From Lama guanicoe (Eukaryota), in contig MU054212.1 of assembly GCA_013239625.1 (NCBI GenBank), positions 5,428,270 to 5,492,269 on the forward strand: 64,000 bases of DNA. Reading direction: 5' to 3'. Each line of letters opens with the position of its first letter. Position 1 is the first letter of the stretch. Under the pieces are notes generated by a model. That model did not search any database. It saw nothing but the letters and a program-made list of their open reading frames with translations, and was not told the origin of the DNA. Below, in pieces: positions 26,355-39,204 of this stretch. The position numbers were made by a program, and so were the translations under genes.

Positions 26355-27085
26355 TTTAAAAACAGTTTTATTAAGATATAATAGAAATATAATAAATTGC
26401 ACATGTTTTAAGTGTAAAATATGATCATCTTTGACTTATATATTAGTTTTTTTAATAACAGTTTATTGAGATATAATTCATATGTCATAGAAGTCACCCT
26501 TTTAAAGCAACCAATTCAGAGGTGGTTAGTATATTCAGAATCGTGCAACCATCACCATTATCTGATTTCACAATTAGATCACCAGGCAGAGAAAGGCCGT
26601 AGCTTAGCAATCACTCCCCATTCCCTACTCCTCCCAGCCCCTAGAAAACACCAGTTTACTTTCTCTGTCTATGAATCTACCTATTCTGGGCATTTCATAC
26701 AAATGAAATCATGGCCTTTGTGTCTGGCTTCTGTCACTTAGGACAGTGTTTTCAAGGTGTATCTTCATTGTAGCAGGAATCCGTATTTCCTTTTCATGCT
26801 GAATAATATTACATCGCTTGGCTATACCGCATTTTGTTTTTTTAATTCAACAGTGCTGGACATTCGGCTTGTTTCCATTTTCTGGCTATTTTGAATAGCA
26901 CGGCTATGCACATTCACGTATGAGATTTTGTACATGGAGACATACGTTTTCATTTCTCTTGGGGCCACCCCGAGAGTGGAATTGCTGGGTCACGTAACTC
27001 AGTATTTAACATTTGCAGAAATGCAGCTGCACCATTTTACACTCTCAGCAGCAATGTATGATGGTCTCAGTTTTCCACATCATGT
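26355..27085 (-). mobile_element. L1MB-type 3' end plus a short second L1 tail (26355-26445)
   Basis: aacagtttattgagatataattcata...gtgcaaccatcacca...tctacctattctgggcatttcatacaaatg...ccattttacactctcagcagcaatgtatga. Confidence 0.9.
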
Positions 27086-27473
27086 GTATGACTTTTGTTT
27101 TCCCTGACAGTCTGGGTACTGGTTCAAATCTTTTTCACCTTCTTCCTGGACTACTGAAGGAGCCTTTCTTTTTCACTATATCTGTCCTCGGTCTTTCATC
27201 TCTTTCAGTTCATCCCCAAATCCCATTAGCATCAGTTTCATCCTAAACAATACTAAACAAATATCACTATCCTACCCCACTGAACTCTCAACAGTTATCT
27301 ACTATCCAAGGAGATAAACCAATAGTTGCTCATTCTGCAAAAATCCTAAAGATTCATAGGCCAGCACAGTTGGATATCTGTTCCCTAATTGCTTATATCA
27401 TTCAGCAACAGAAGCTCTCCAGTTCAGCCAAAACTGTTCATGCATAGTCCTTCCAGGTTACATCTTCTGTGGG

Positions 27474-27651
27474 CACAACTGGCTTCATCAACCTGCCACC
27501 TGTGCCGTCACAGAGGGACCCATGCATAGAACACCCTTGCACTCAGTTCCATGCTCTCCTGTCACTGTCTTGAAGATTTAATAATGTATTGAATAAAAGG
27601 CCCCACATTTTCAGTTTGCAGTGGGACCTGCAAATTTTGTAGCTGGTCTTG
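27474..27651 (+). mobile_element. hAT-Tip100 MITE, MER45A-like
   Basis: ggcttcat...cctgtgccgtcacagaggg...ccccacattttcagtttgcagtgggacctgcaaattttgtagctggtcttg; 8-bp TSD tctgtggg/tctgtgga. Confidence 0.88.
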
Positions 27652-28569
27652 TCTGTGGAAGTTGGATTTTAGTGCCCGAACCCAAACAATCGAGCACATA
27701 CTTTTTGCATCTTAACCTTTTGTTAAGATTGCAAAAAGCGCTTGCCTTCCGTGTTTCAGGCTAGGCAGTTCTTTACGGGTTTTTTATGACATTAATGCTC
27801 ACCAAGTTTTCATTCTGAGTTCAGTTTCCATCTTCATTCTGTCAGAGGAGTCATGATAGTCATCATTTTATTTTTAGTTCACAGCCCAAGCCGACTTATA
27901 ACCTGAAATAGTTTAGTAACTTTATTTTTGACTTTGCGATACAGACTCTTTGGGCATTTCCTTTAAAAAAAAAAAAGAAAGAAAAAGAGGACTCTAGCTT
28001 AGAACAAAGGCTCTCACAATAGATGTTTTGATCAAATATAAACCTTGATGATGCCAAGGCCCCTTAGGCCAAAATGAAAAAAAAAAAAAAAAACAAGAGA
28101 GAGAAAAAAAAATGTATACTTTCTCTAAGTGGGAAAAATGTCTTTCCTGTCCTAGAAAGCAGACAGCCCCGTTTTGGCCAAGGTGTGTTGATGTATTTCA
28201 CTTTCTGAGAAATGAAAGCAAGTATATATTATTGCAATTTTATAAATTAGATGCAATCCTTTGTTGTTGTAGATTGTAATGGCAGAATTAGGAGGTAGAA
28301 TTCCACAAGAAATTGTTTTAAAGAGGGCTTTAGACCTTCATCTTAAGGTCTTCTTTCTATTCCCTTTAACTACTGCTGACAAAGTTACAGCCAACAGTGG
28401 AATAAGCTCATTTTTAAAACTAGTTCCATGATTTGGAGAGGTTTTAGATACATTAAAATTGGAATCAATTTTCCTGGTCTAAAAAACAAAATAAAGCCAA
28501 ACAAAAGCGTAAAGAATTAGCAGGAATTAGCTGCCTTATGGCCTATTCCACAGTGAGCAAAGGGTTGGG

Positions 28570-29550
28570 GTTTTTTAAGATTTTATTTTTTTAGAGAAGT
28601 TCTAGGATCACAAAAAAACGTGAGAGAAAGGTACAGAGATTTCTCATATGCCCCCTGCCCCCAAACATGCATTATCCGTTATCAACATTATTCATCATAA
28701 CGATACATTTGTTACCAAAGAGGAGCCTACATTGAGACACCATCATTGTCCAAAGTTCATAGTTTACCTTAGGGTTTGCCCCTGGTGTTGTACATTCTGT
28801 GGGTTTGGACAAATGTATAACAACATATATCCATCATTATAATATCATACAGATATCATCTCACTGCCCTAAAAATCCTTTGTTCTCCTCCTGTTCATCC
28901 TTTCCCTTCCCTGCCCCTGGCAACCACTGATTTTTTAGTTTTGCCTTTTCCAGAATGTCATATAGTTGGAATCATACAGTATACAGTATTTTCAGATTGC
29001 CTTCTTTCAATTAGTAATATACATTCAAATTTCCTCTATGTCTTTTCATGGTTTGATAGCCCATTTCCTTTTAGAACTGAATAATAATCCATTGCCTGGA
29101 TGGATTTATTTATCCATTCACTTCCTGAAGGACATCTTGTTTGCACCCAAGTTTGGGCAGTTATGAATAAAGTTGCTATACACATTTGTGTGCAGATTTT
29201 CATGTGGATATACGTTTTCCACACTTTTGGGTAAACACCAAGGAGTGTTGGTGTACAATCCACAATTGCTTGATTGTCTGATAAAGAGCATGTTTAGTTT
29301 TATAAGAAACCACCAAACTGTCTTCCGATGTGACGGCACCACTTTGCGTTCCCATCGGCAATGAATGAGAGTTCCTGTTGCTTCACATCCGCACTATTAT
29401 TTGATGTTGCCACTGTTCCAGATTTTTGCCATTCTAATAAATGTGTAGTGATATCTCACTGTTGTTTTAATTTGCAATTCCCTGATGACATGGAAGGTGG
29501 TATACCTTTTCGTATGCTTATTTGCCCTCTGTACATCTTCTCTGGTGATG
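28570..29550 (-). mobile_element. L1MC1-like 3' end
   Basis: gaaaggtacagagatttctcatatgccccctgcccc...ggtgttgtacattctgtgggtttggacaaatgtataa...ccaccaaactgtcttcc. Confidence 0.9.
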
Positions 29551-30189
29551 TAGCATAAGGTTTTACTTTACAATTTTCTTTAAGATGTGACCTTCCTTTC
29601 TTCGTAACAGTCACTGACTGTATTTAACTAAAACTTAATACAATCATTCTCTGTTTATTAGACAATAAATTTTCGTAACGTTTCTCTGGATCTGCAATAA
29701 GTAAAAAATACACTATTATACATACATGATTATTCATTATCAATACTTAAGAAAAGCTGAAATGCCTGGTTATTGGCTTCCAAATTGGATCTTTGCATAG
29801 CTGTAAAGTATTCTAATCTATTTGCTAAGTAACTTCTACTGGCTTATTTTAAAGCAGAGTAAACCTACTGAATCACTCTACTGAAAATATGGAACTATTT
29901 TCTCCATTTGGCCAAACTGACCTCTTCAGTTAGAACAATGAAATTCAACTTCTGGGAGTCTCCTGTACCTATCAATACAAAAAAGAAAAAGTTTCTGAAG
30001 TTTCACTTAATAATGCTTGAATTCTACAGCCCGCGGTTGTTTAGATCTGAAAACCAGCTGGATGGTTTATCTTCACTATTCCACAAAAGAATGATCGCTA
30101 ATGCATTACTTATTAGCAAAACTACCTCAAATGAGAGCGTACATAGAAAATAGACACAGCTATATTATTAACTCAGATATACAGTATAA

Positions 30190-30345
30190 TTCAGTAGCTT
30201 TCAATATGGTGGCATATTTGAATCACTTATGTAGAGGCAGAGGGAGCAGGTGAAAAATACCCTCAGAATCTCTGATTTACTTGGTTCTGGAGGAGCTGAG
30301 GGATAGATTTTTTTTTTTAAGTACTATTACATGCAGTTGTGGTGG
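30190..30345. mobile_element. MER5-like hAT MITE, degenerate
   Basis: catatttgaatcactt...cctcagaatctctgatttacttggttctgga. Confidence 0.5.
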
Positions 30346-31201
30346 ACAGAATTCTCTTTTTTTAATTTGTCACTATGGGTTTCAGTACAGGCTCAGAATT
30401 CTGAGTCGTGGAGTAGCTGTGGCCACACCTATAGGTGTGCATGAAAAATTCTCAGTATCCTTTTTCCTTTGTTCTGGTCTTGTTAAATGCAGCCGCTTTC
30501 CTTAAAGCAGAGCTCCAAATTGCAGTGGGAAAGTTTCTGTTTGCTTTATATTTCACTTTGCGTTTCGTCTGCGGGTAGGATAATTACAGCAGAGTCCCAG
30601 CAGCATATGGAGGTGGGCTGGGGAGAAGAAAACCAAATGAGGACAAAAGCACAAATGCAAAAATAAACCTAAGTCAGATTTGTGCGGCTGGGTAGTTTTC
30701 TTTCGTCTTTCTGTGAGGTTAATTAACTGCACGATACGTCTTTGGCTCTGTGATGCACCTGAAGCATCCCAGAAGGCTCCTCCTCCACTATTTAAATTAT
30801 AATGATGTCTGATGATAGTAGAATTTTCAGTTCAACCAGAGTTAAGTGAATCTGTGTGGGCAACATGGAAAACCTTCACCATTATCCTTACTGTTAACTG
30901 AACCCCCATTGCAATGTCTCACTGCGGCCAATAGATGGTGCTGGTGGGTTTCCCTACATGCAGGGTACCCTCTGGCCTCACCTCTCAACGTATCAAACCC
31001 ATCAGACGTCCCCATGAACCACATTTAATTTGCTTTAAAAGTTTTCACAGAGAGTGTTATAAACTTGCTTTTAAAATTCTTTGCCTATGAGCCCATCATT
31101 TAATTATAATTGACTACTACTTCTCTGCAATTGTTGCCAATTGAGAAAAATTTAATCCACAAATTGTTTTCAAATTACGAAGAGGACATAGTATCACATC
31201 T

Positions 31202-31701
31202 TGTGGATACTTAATTAAACAGTGCTTATTTTATTGTTTAGACTCTCTATGTTTTGCACCCCACATTTCCCTTCTAGTCCAAGATATTTTCAGAGGCCCC
31301 TGAATCCTCTTGGGCCTTAAACTTATGCCCAAGTGTCTGAAGGATAAATGGGTCTTTGTTGCCCCAACTCTAAGATTCCAGTGAGACACTGAGCAGACAA
31401 AGGAACAGTGGTAGACCACATATGACAATAGAGCTCTGAGCCACTACTTCTATGGCAGCCATCTCGAAACAGTGAGGACTGACTTGGTCACTGACTGCCA
31501 GCTGCTCTGTTTTCTCTCCTGTCTAATCGGAACGTGCTTGAAGCCTTCCTTTTTTCCACTATAAAGCTCTCCTACTTTCCTACCTGCCTTTGAGTTTCTG
31601 CCAACTGCTGGTGACAGCGGCTGATTCCCCTGCTATAGGAAGCTCTCTACAGTAAATAGCTCCTGCATGCTCTCACTCAACTGGTCTTCATTTATTTCCA
31701 G
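31202..31701 (+). mobile_element. ERV1 LTR, MER89-like (5' boundary uncertain)
   Basis: ctataaagctctcc...ctgcctttgagtttctgcca...ggtgacagcggctgattcccctgctatag...gtaaatagc...ggtcttcatttatttcca. Confidence 0.65.
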
Positions 31702-32211
31702 CCAGCAAGGAAATAGTGGAAAGGGACTGGTGAGTGAATCTACATCTGACTTCCCATGGTGTCTGTCATTCCTGCTTGAATTTGTGTTTGCAGAAGAAGT
31801 CTAAGGGATAATATACAGCTAATGAAGGAGGCGACGATCAGTGGTGTCTGTCGAATAGACTGAAGAATTTGTTAATTTATGCCATAGCAGTTACTATTTT
31901 ATTGATGAAATATTAAATTCATTTTAAAGTAATAAGGGTCTTAGTATTCATACTTGGAAATAGATTAATCTACAAAATCGCCCTTATACAAAAGACCAGA
32001 TTAGCCCCGCCCAATGGTAAAAATCATTTAGGATCATTCAAAGCCAACTGGAAGTATGATGAACACAGGAAGTAATGGCTGTTAATCACCTGAATTTCAA
32101 AAAAATTTTTTATAACTATGAAAAAAAATCTTCGGGGCTAGAATAGTTTATTATAATGGACATAATTAAGTGAAACAAGTCTAATTGTTAATCCATTTAT
32201 TGTATTACCTT

Positions 32212-32833
32212 TGATGCAAGAAAAGCAGATGTGGGGCGTGAGGAGGGCCTTGTCCCAGGCTTCGATTGAGCCCCTGGGATGTGCCCCACCAAGTGTGGGT
32301 CCTTGGCTTCCCGCAGGAAAGAATTCAAGAGCGAGCCACAGTTGAGTAAAGGTAGATTTATTCAGAGAGATACATTGAAAGGCAAGAGAAAAGCCATGAG
32401 GTGTGGTGGGTGCTCAGATTAAAAGTAGGGGCACACTCCATAGACAGAATGTGGGCTGTCTTCAAAGGAGGGGGGCGGCGGCCGCGAGGCAACAAGTTGC
32501 CAGTTTTTATGGGCTCAGTGGCTTCATATGCTAATAAGTAGAAGGACCAGTCTAACTAGTCTGGGGAAGGGGCTAGGATTCCCAGGAAGTTGACCATTTC
32601 CCACTCTTTGACCTTTTGTGGCTAGCCTTGGTACTGCCATGGTGCCTGTGGGCGTGTTATTCACCATGTTAATATATTACAGTGGGCTTATAATGAAGCT
32701 CAAATTCTGCTAGAAGTCAAATCTCCCACCATCCTGAGCCTCAAGGCCTCCTGGGGATTGAATCTTCCACCATTTTGATGTTAATTGCTGTAGCCTTCCT
32801 TGAATGGCTGTGCCCTGCCCCCTTCCTGTATCA
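32212..32833 (-). mobile_element. ERV1 solo LTR, relatively young
   Basis: TG...CA ends with inverted termini (tgatgcaaga / tcctgtatca); perfect 4-bp TSD cctt (32208-32211, 32834-32837); minus-strand AATAAA at 32357-32362. Confidence 0.92.
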
Positions 32834-33410
32834 CCTTCACTCACTGCCTTTTTCTATATTATTGTTTTCATTTTCTCACTTGCTCCAATAGCAACAACGT
32901 AGGAAGTCAGCAATTTAAAATAGTCCTTTTTATTATTGTTGCAAAAACAAACCAGTGAGGAGAGGAAAACAGATCTCAACTTCAAGTTTCCAGAACTGTC
33001 TAATTAAAACTGAAGCTTATATTCCCTGTTGTGTAAGTGGTGCCCTAGATTTAGGGCAGTCTTGTTTCACTCTAGCATCTTGTATTGTTCTCATTTGATG
33101 ACTGATACAAACAGCAAAATTTAATGTGTGTGTGTGTCTCTGTGTGTCTCCCAGAAGCTCTATTCCCACTGTTTCTATATACTCTTGAAAATATTTATAA
33201 TTCTATTTATTATAAATATGTGGAAATAAAGTATGTGAAAACATATTTACTTCCATTTATTATAAAAGATGCATTTAACAATCACTGATAAAACATCAAT
33301 AGGTAATACAGTTAAGAACAACACTGAGCAGGTACATTCTATGAAATGCAATACCACGTTAACTTTCAGGCAAAGCTTCTATCAGTTATGAGCAGGCATT
33401 TTACCAGTTA

Positions 33411-33953
33411 TGATGTGGTAGCCAGCTTCCAAGATAACCCTTCAAGATCCCCATCTTCCAGCGGTATTTGCTTCCCTTTGCAGTCCCTTCACACACTGTT
33501 GCCAGCACTGGTATGTGTGACTAATAGAATATGGTAGACGTGATGATACATCACTCCCAAGATTAAGTTGTGTTAAGTCAAAGTCACTGTGGCTTCTGTC
33601 TTGATCATTCTCTCTCTCTCTCTCAATTCTCTCCCTTTCTCTCTCACATCACTTGCTGTAGGGAAAGCCAGCTGCCCTGTCATTGGCAGTACAAGGGAGA
33701 AGTCCACTGAGCGGGGAACTGAGGCCATGTGAGTGAGTGATCTTGGAGGCAAATACCTCCAGCCTCAGTCAAGATAACTCTAGTCCCAGTTGACATTTGA
33801 CTGCAACCTCATGAGAGACCATGAGCTGGAATCACACAGCTAAACTGCTCCTAGGCGCTTGACCCTCAGAAACTGTGTGAGATTAAAAGTTGTGTTGCCT
33901 TAAGTGGCTATGTTTTGCAGTAATCTGCTTTGCAGCAATAGATAACTAATACA
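33411..33953 (+). mobile_element. MaLR LTR, MLT1F-like
   Basis: tgtggtagccagcttccaagat...gtgtgactaatagaatatgg...gactgcaacctcatgagagacc...gaccctcagaaactgtgtgaga...gcagcaatagataactaataca. Confidence 0.88.
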
Positions 33954-35369
33954 CAGTTAATATATGTTAACTGCAAAGATAGCAATTAAGCTGTTGTGAC
34001 TTATAGGTGGAAATTTACTTAGCTGCAAAAGAATATATATTTCTAAGTATAGGATCATTTTAAACAACTACCAAATGAATGAACATATATAAAGCATTTA
34101 GAACAGTGGCTGACACATAGCAAATTCTATGTAAATAGCAAATATGATCATAATTGAATGAAAACCTTTTTAGAGGTGTAAAGTAGAAATTCTCATGACC
34201 TGAGAACAAGTAACTTTCATGTATTATTTTGTAGTTAATTGTTAACACTCTTCCCCTCCAATTAGAAGAGAGATTTGGAATCAGAAAGATTCTAACTGGA
34301 GCCTGGTGCTGTCCATCCTCAATGACTAAGACAAAACCATTCACTGTTAATCGAGTGACTCTATGACTTAAGCCAGGCTTCTGAAGGAATTAGCAGTCCT
34401 TAACCCAGCAACGGCAGGGTTATTGATTCACAAGTTGTAGGGGCAACTTCATGTTAACAGGCAGGATATGCTTATATTATGAGACTAGAATGTGTTTTCA
34501 GGTATAATAGCCTCTTCAGTAGCTAGAAAGAAAGTTAAACCTAATTTCTTTTCCTCATCAACTCAGAGGCTACGTATGGCTCACTAACATTTAGCGGGAG
34601 ATGAAAAAACAAAATTCCTACTTTTAAAACGTCTATCTTTCAATGAATTTTCTTTTTTCCCCATTCTGTTGGTGGTGATAGTAGCTTTTCTTTTAAAATC
34701 TTTTTCTTTTAATTTTTCAGAAAAGCTAAAATTTCAAACACGAGAGCTTCAAAAATGGCCATTTCAGAAACAGAAGCTATGAAAACAAGCTTTTTCAAGC
34801 TGCAACAGCTTCAAATGATTCGCCTTTTGAGACAGCAGGTGTTAGATTCAACAGGGTCCTAATGCCAGGGACACATTTACATTCAAATTAAACCGAATAT
34901 AATTAGAAGTTATTTCTTCAAAGTAGGAACCCCTTTGTGTAAGAAAATAATTGCAACTCCCACTTATGCAAAATTGGATTTAAAATTTTACACTTAAAAC
35001 ACCCATCCTGGCCATGCTAATAAGGAAGCTGAAAATTGGCTCAATAATTTTCCCTTTTGAGTATTACTATGTACTTAACCTTTCGTTAGCTTTGCCATCA
35101 TCATTTACTTTGAATTCTAATGTGAAAAGTCAAAAGTCTATGCCCATATGCAAAACAAACAATGACTCGAAATCAAATTTTCATTATGTTTACCGAAGTT
35201 ATTTAAAACTTTTTAAAAAGAGGAGACAAACTTCTATGGCAGAAGCAAAACTCCTTCTCCCAACCTCCCTCCCTGCCAGCAGCTGTCAGTACCTCTACTG
35301 AAGCAGGTAAACTTTCCTTCATGCAAAGCCTGATTGTGATTTATGTGACCTGATCCCTTTACAATACTG

Positions 35370-36040
35370 GCACCCCTTAGAAAACATTTTTCCTTTCAGC
35401 TTCATTGTCTATGCCCTCTACTATTTCTCCTCTTGTATTTTTATCTTTTACAGTCTAGTCTTCTCCTCTGGCTTCTCTTTTCTTTCTCACCCATAAATTG
35501 AGCTGTTCCCAGAGTTCTGTCTCCAGCTGATGTCTCTTCCATCCTTCACTGTATAATCTCACTGCAGGATTTTGACTATCATTTATGCTGGTCACTTCCT
35601 CCTTTTTATCTTCTGGACACTCTAATCAGCTCATATGCTCCACTTCCTTTTCTTGATCAGCAGATTCTAGGGTTTATTATTTTTGAATATACATCTGCTG
35701 CACATGTATAACTTGACATCCTACAGGAGCTCAGATATGGCATATTAAACACCGATCTCATTTTCGTATTCTACCTCTATCATCATCTCATCACGGCAAC
35801 CTGTTTCAATAAATTATGCTGTCTCTCACCTAGTTACTAAAACTTCAAGTCTTCTATGTCTTCTTTTTCCTGCACTGTCCATATACAAGTCCATTCTAGC
35901 ATTCTACTCACTAGCATTTTTTCAAGTTCTTTTTTTTTTCTCTTTTTTCTTTTGACTACTACTATTTCCTTAGCTTGGCTTTGTATAATTTATTGCCAAG
36001 ATTCCTGTATTAACTTCCTAACTAGAGTTTTTACCTCAAA
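35370..36040 (+). mobile_element. Degenerate L2 fragment
   Basis: CT-rich tract with L2-like motifs (agagttctgtctccag, tgtattaacttcctaactag). Confidence 0.45.
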
Positions 36041-36046
36041 TTACGT

Positions 36047-36528
36047 GCCAGGGTAGACAGAATAATGATCCTTCAGATGTCCAGGACCTAATCTCTGTAA
36101 CCTGTAGATATGTTACCTCAACGACAAAAAGATTTTGCAGACATGATTAAGGTCAAAGACCTTAGGGTGAGAGACTATCCTAGATGTTCTGGGTGGGCCC
36201 AAATTTAACTACATGAGTACTTAAAAACAGGAACATTTTCTGGCTCTAGTCCAGTGATGACAGGAGAAGGGTCACAGAGAGATGCAAATTTACTCTCTTG
36301 GAAGATGGAGAAAGGGACCAGAAACCAGGTTATGCAGCTTGTCCCTAGAAGCTAGAAAAGTCAGGGAAACAGGCTCTTCTCTAGAGCCTCCAGAAAGAAA
36401 CACCTTGATTTTAGCCCAGTGAAACCTATATTCGTCTTCTGAACCAGAAGTGTAAGATAATAAATGTGCATTGTTGTGAACCACGAAGTTTGTGGTAATT
36501 TGTTAGGGCAATATAGAAAACTAATTCA
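36047..36528 (+). mobile_element. MaLR LTR, MLT1D/E-like
   Basis: agatgtccaggacctaatctctgtaacctgtagatatgttacc...ctagagcctccagaaagaaacaccttgattttagcccagtgaaacc...tttgtggtaatttgtta. Confidence 0.88.
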
Positions 36529-36613
36529 TAGCCTATGAACAATTTTTACCTCGCCATCAAGGAATCTTCTTAAAATGCCTACATGCTCAAATAGATATGT
36601 TTATTAATTTTCT

Positions 36614-37003
36614 GTATTTAATTTAATAACAAACTACCACAATTTTAGCTGCTAAGAAACAACACATGTTTATTATCGCACAGTTTCCGTGGATTAGGCA
36701 CGACTTAGCTGAATCCTCTACTCAAAATGAAAGCCAGAGTTGTGATCTCATCTAAAGCTTGTGGCCATCTCCCAGACTTACTTGTTATTGGCAAAGTTCA
36801 GGTCCTATGGTTGTAGAACAGAGGGCTTTTAACTACTAGAAGCTACCAGCAGTTCCCTGCCAAGAACCCTTTCTACACAAGGCCAATTATTCATTAAGTC
36901 AACAGGAGAACAATTGATATTGTTTCTTCTTTCAGTGACCTCGAGATCTTCTCTTCAAGGGCCCCCCAATGAGGTCAAAGCCACCCAGGATAATTTCCTC
37001 TTT
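36614..37003 (-). mobile_element. MaLR LTR, MLT1E-like, 3' part (resumes near 39205)
   Basis: taacaaactaccacaattttagc...tttattatcgcacagtttccgtgg...gaggtcaaagccacccaggataatttcc. Confidence 0.75.
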
Positions 37004-37500
37004 AAGGGCTTAAAACAACACAAGTTTATTTATCTCATAGTTTCTATGGGTCAAGAGTCTGGATACAGGTTAGATGAGTCCTCCGCTCAGGGTGTCTCTA
37101 ATGTGAAATCAAAGTGTTGGCTGAGGCTGTGACCCTACCTGAGGCTCAGGATCCTCTTCCCAGCTCACATGGTTGTTAGTGGAATTCAGTTCACTGCAGC
37201 CGTGTGATTAAAGTCCCCATTCTCTTGCTGTCAGCTGAGGACTGCTTTCAGGTCCCGGAGGTCATCTTCAGAACTGTGTCACAAGACCCCTCCTCTAAGA
37301 ATACGGCTATTTTCTTCTAGACCAGCAGGAGAATTCTTCTGCTTCTAAAACACTTGTCTGATTAGGTCAGACTCACTCAGGGTAATTTCCCTTTGGATTA
37401 TAGTGAGCTGATAAGTGACATTATACCTGAAAAATAGCTTTTGCCATATAACATAACTAAGGGGTAATAGCCAACCATATTTAAAGATCCCAGTCATACT
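37004..37500 (-). mobile_element. Second MLT1E-like LTR fragment
   Basis: ggcttaaaacaacacaagtttatttatctcatagtttctatgggtcaagagtctgg...tgattaggtcagactcactcagggtaatttccc. Confidence 0.8.
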
Positions 37501-37504
37501 CTTC

Positions 37505-38575
37505 CAGATCCTGACTCCTTTTTCTCTAGATATACACCCAGAAATAGAATTGCCAGATCAAAATGGTAGTTCTAGTTTTAATTTTTGGAGGAACCACCAT
37601 ATTGTTTTCTACAGTGGCTGCAACAATTTATGTCCCTGCCAACAGTACACAAGGATTCCCTTTTCTCTATATTATCAGCAGTGGTTGTTATCTCTTGAGT
37701 TTTTGATGATAGCCATTCCAACAAGTGTGAGGTGATTACTCACTGTGGTTTTAATTTGCTTTTCCCTGGTGATTAGTGATGTTGAGCATCTTTTCATGTA
37801 CCTGTTGGCCATTTAGAAGTTGTCTTTGGAAAAATGTCTTTTGAGGTCCTCTGCTTATTTTTTTCAATTGGATTGTTTTTTCGTTTGAGTTTTTTTTGTT
37901 CTTGTTTTTGTTTTTGTTTATTATTGAGTTGTGTGGGTTCCTAATATATTTGGGATATTAATCCCATATCAAACATATGATTTGCAGATGTTTTCCCATT
38001 TCATAGGCTGCCTTTCCATAGTGTTGATAATTTCTTTTACTGCGTAGAAGTTGATAGTCTGATGTAGTCCCACTGGCATCCGATCTCCAGGACTTGTTTA
38101 TCTACTGGTTGCAAGTTTGTACCCTTAAACAACATCTCCTCAATTCCCTGACCCCCACCCTAGACCTTGGTAACCACCATTCCACTCTTTATCTCCATGA
38201 GGACAGCTTTTTTGATTCAACATAGAAGTGGTATACTTGTCTTTCTCTGACTTATCTCATTTAGCATAATGCACTCAAGGTCTATCCGTGTTGTTGCAAA
38301 CAACCAGATTTCTTTCTTTCTCATGGCTGAGTAATATTCCATTGTATATATACATCCCATAGATGTATATTTATTCACCTGTAGATGGACACAGATTATT
38401 TCCACATCTTGACTATTGTGAATAATGCATCAATGAACATGGGAGTACATAAATCTCTTCAATATCCTGTTTTCATTTACTTTGGATCCATATCCAGAAA
38501 TGAGTATATGTACTGTTTTTCTTAGTGGCTGAACCAATTTGTATTCCACCAACAGTATACAAGGGTTCCCTTGTA
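37505..38575 (-). mobile_element. L1MA-type ORF2 3' end and 3' UTR fragments (two pieces, junction near 38075)
   Basis: gttctagttttaatttttggaggaaccaccatattg..., gcaagtttgtacccttaaacaacatctcc, gactattgtgaataatgc. Confidence 0.88.
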
Positions 38576-39195
38576 GGAATCATGTCCTATTAATGTCCTT
38601 CAAGAGTCCTATCTTCAGTTTTCCCAGCCTTACCCACCTCAGTCATGCAGCTCACAGTTCAGCACTCTGTATGAACTAGAGAGAAGTGGCTTTTCGGGCA
38701 GCATCCTGCGGAGATAGGGAAGCCAGGTACTCACTCACAAGCTCTCACCATCCCCCATGAGAGAAATTACAGGCCTGAGATCTCTCAGCCCTGAGCTGTG
38801 CCACCTTGAGGGATGGTGACATGGGCTGTGTCAAACTGTTCCTCTCCCCTTTTCTAATACATCCAAACTTGTGCTTACCTTCAACGGTATGCTGAAACTT
38901 TTCCTCTGGACACCTGGGCTTCCACAGAGGTTCTCTTGTCTGTGGGTGATTATCCAAAGTGGTGTTTTACAGGGGCTGAGAGAGGCTGGAGCATATTCAC
39001 AGGCCACTGCAAAATCCACAGCTGAAATTGAGGTCTGATGCGCAGGTGCACAAGACTCCTCTCAGGTCTCCTGCTGTGTGGCACCGGCCCCCACAGCTCC
39101 CACAAAAGTGCTTTGGTCTGTGGGTGAATGCCAAATCGTTTCTGTTGAAAAGAGGACGTGAACGAGGGATGGCTGACTCAGCCATGTTGCTGACA
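38576..39195 (-). mobile_element. L1M 5' UTR fragment
   Basis: Reverse complement begins gatgtcagcaacatggctgagtcag, an L1 5'-end YY1-type start; GC-richer L1M 5'-end-like text follows. Confidence 0.6.
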
Positions 39196-39204
39196 TCACT
39201 GAAT

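Noticed and set aside
30800..30905. Possible C/D-box snoRNA (tgatga ... ctga)
   Set aside because: Imperfect C box, no terminal stem and no recognisable rRNA complementarity
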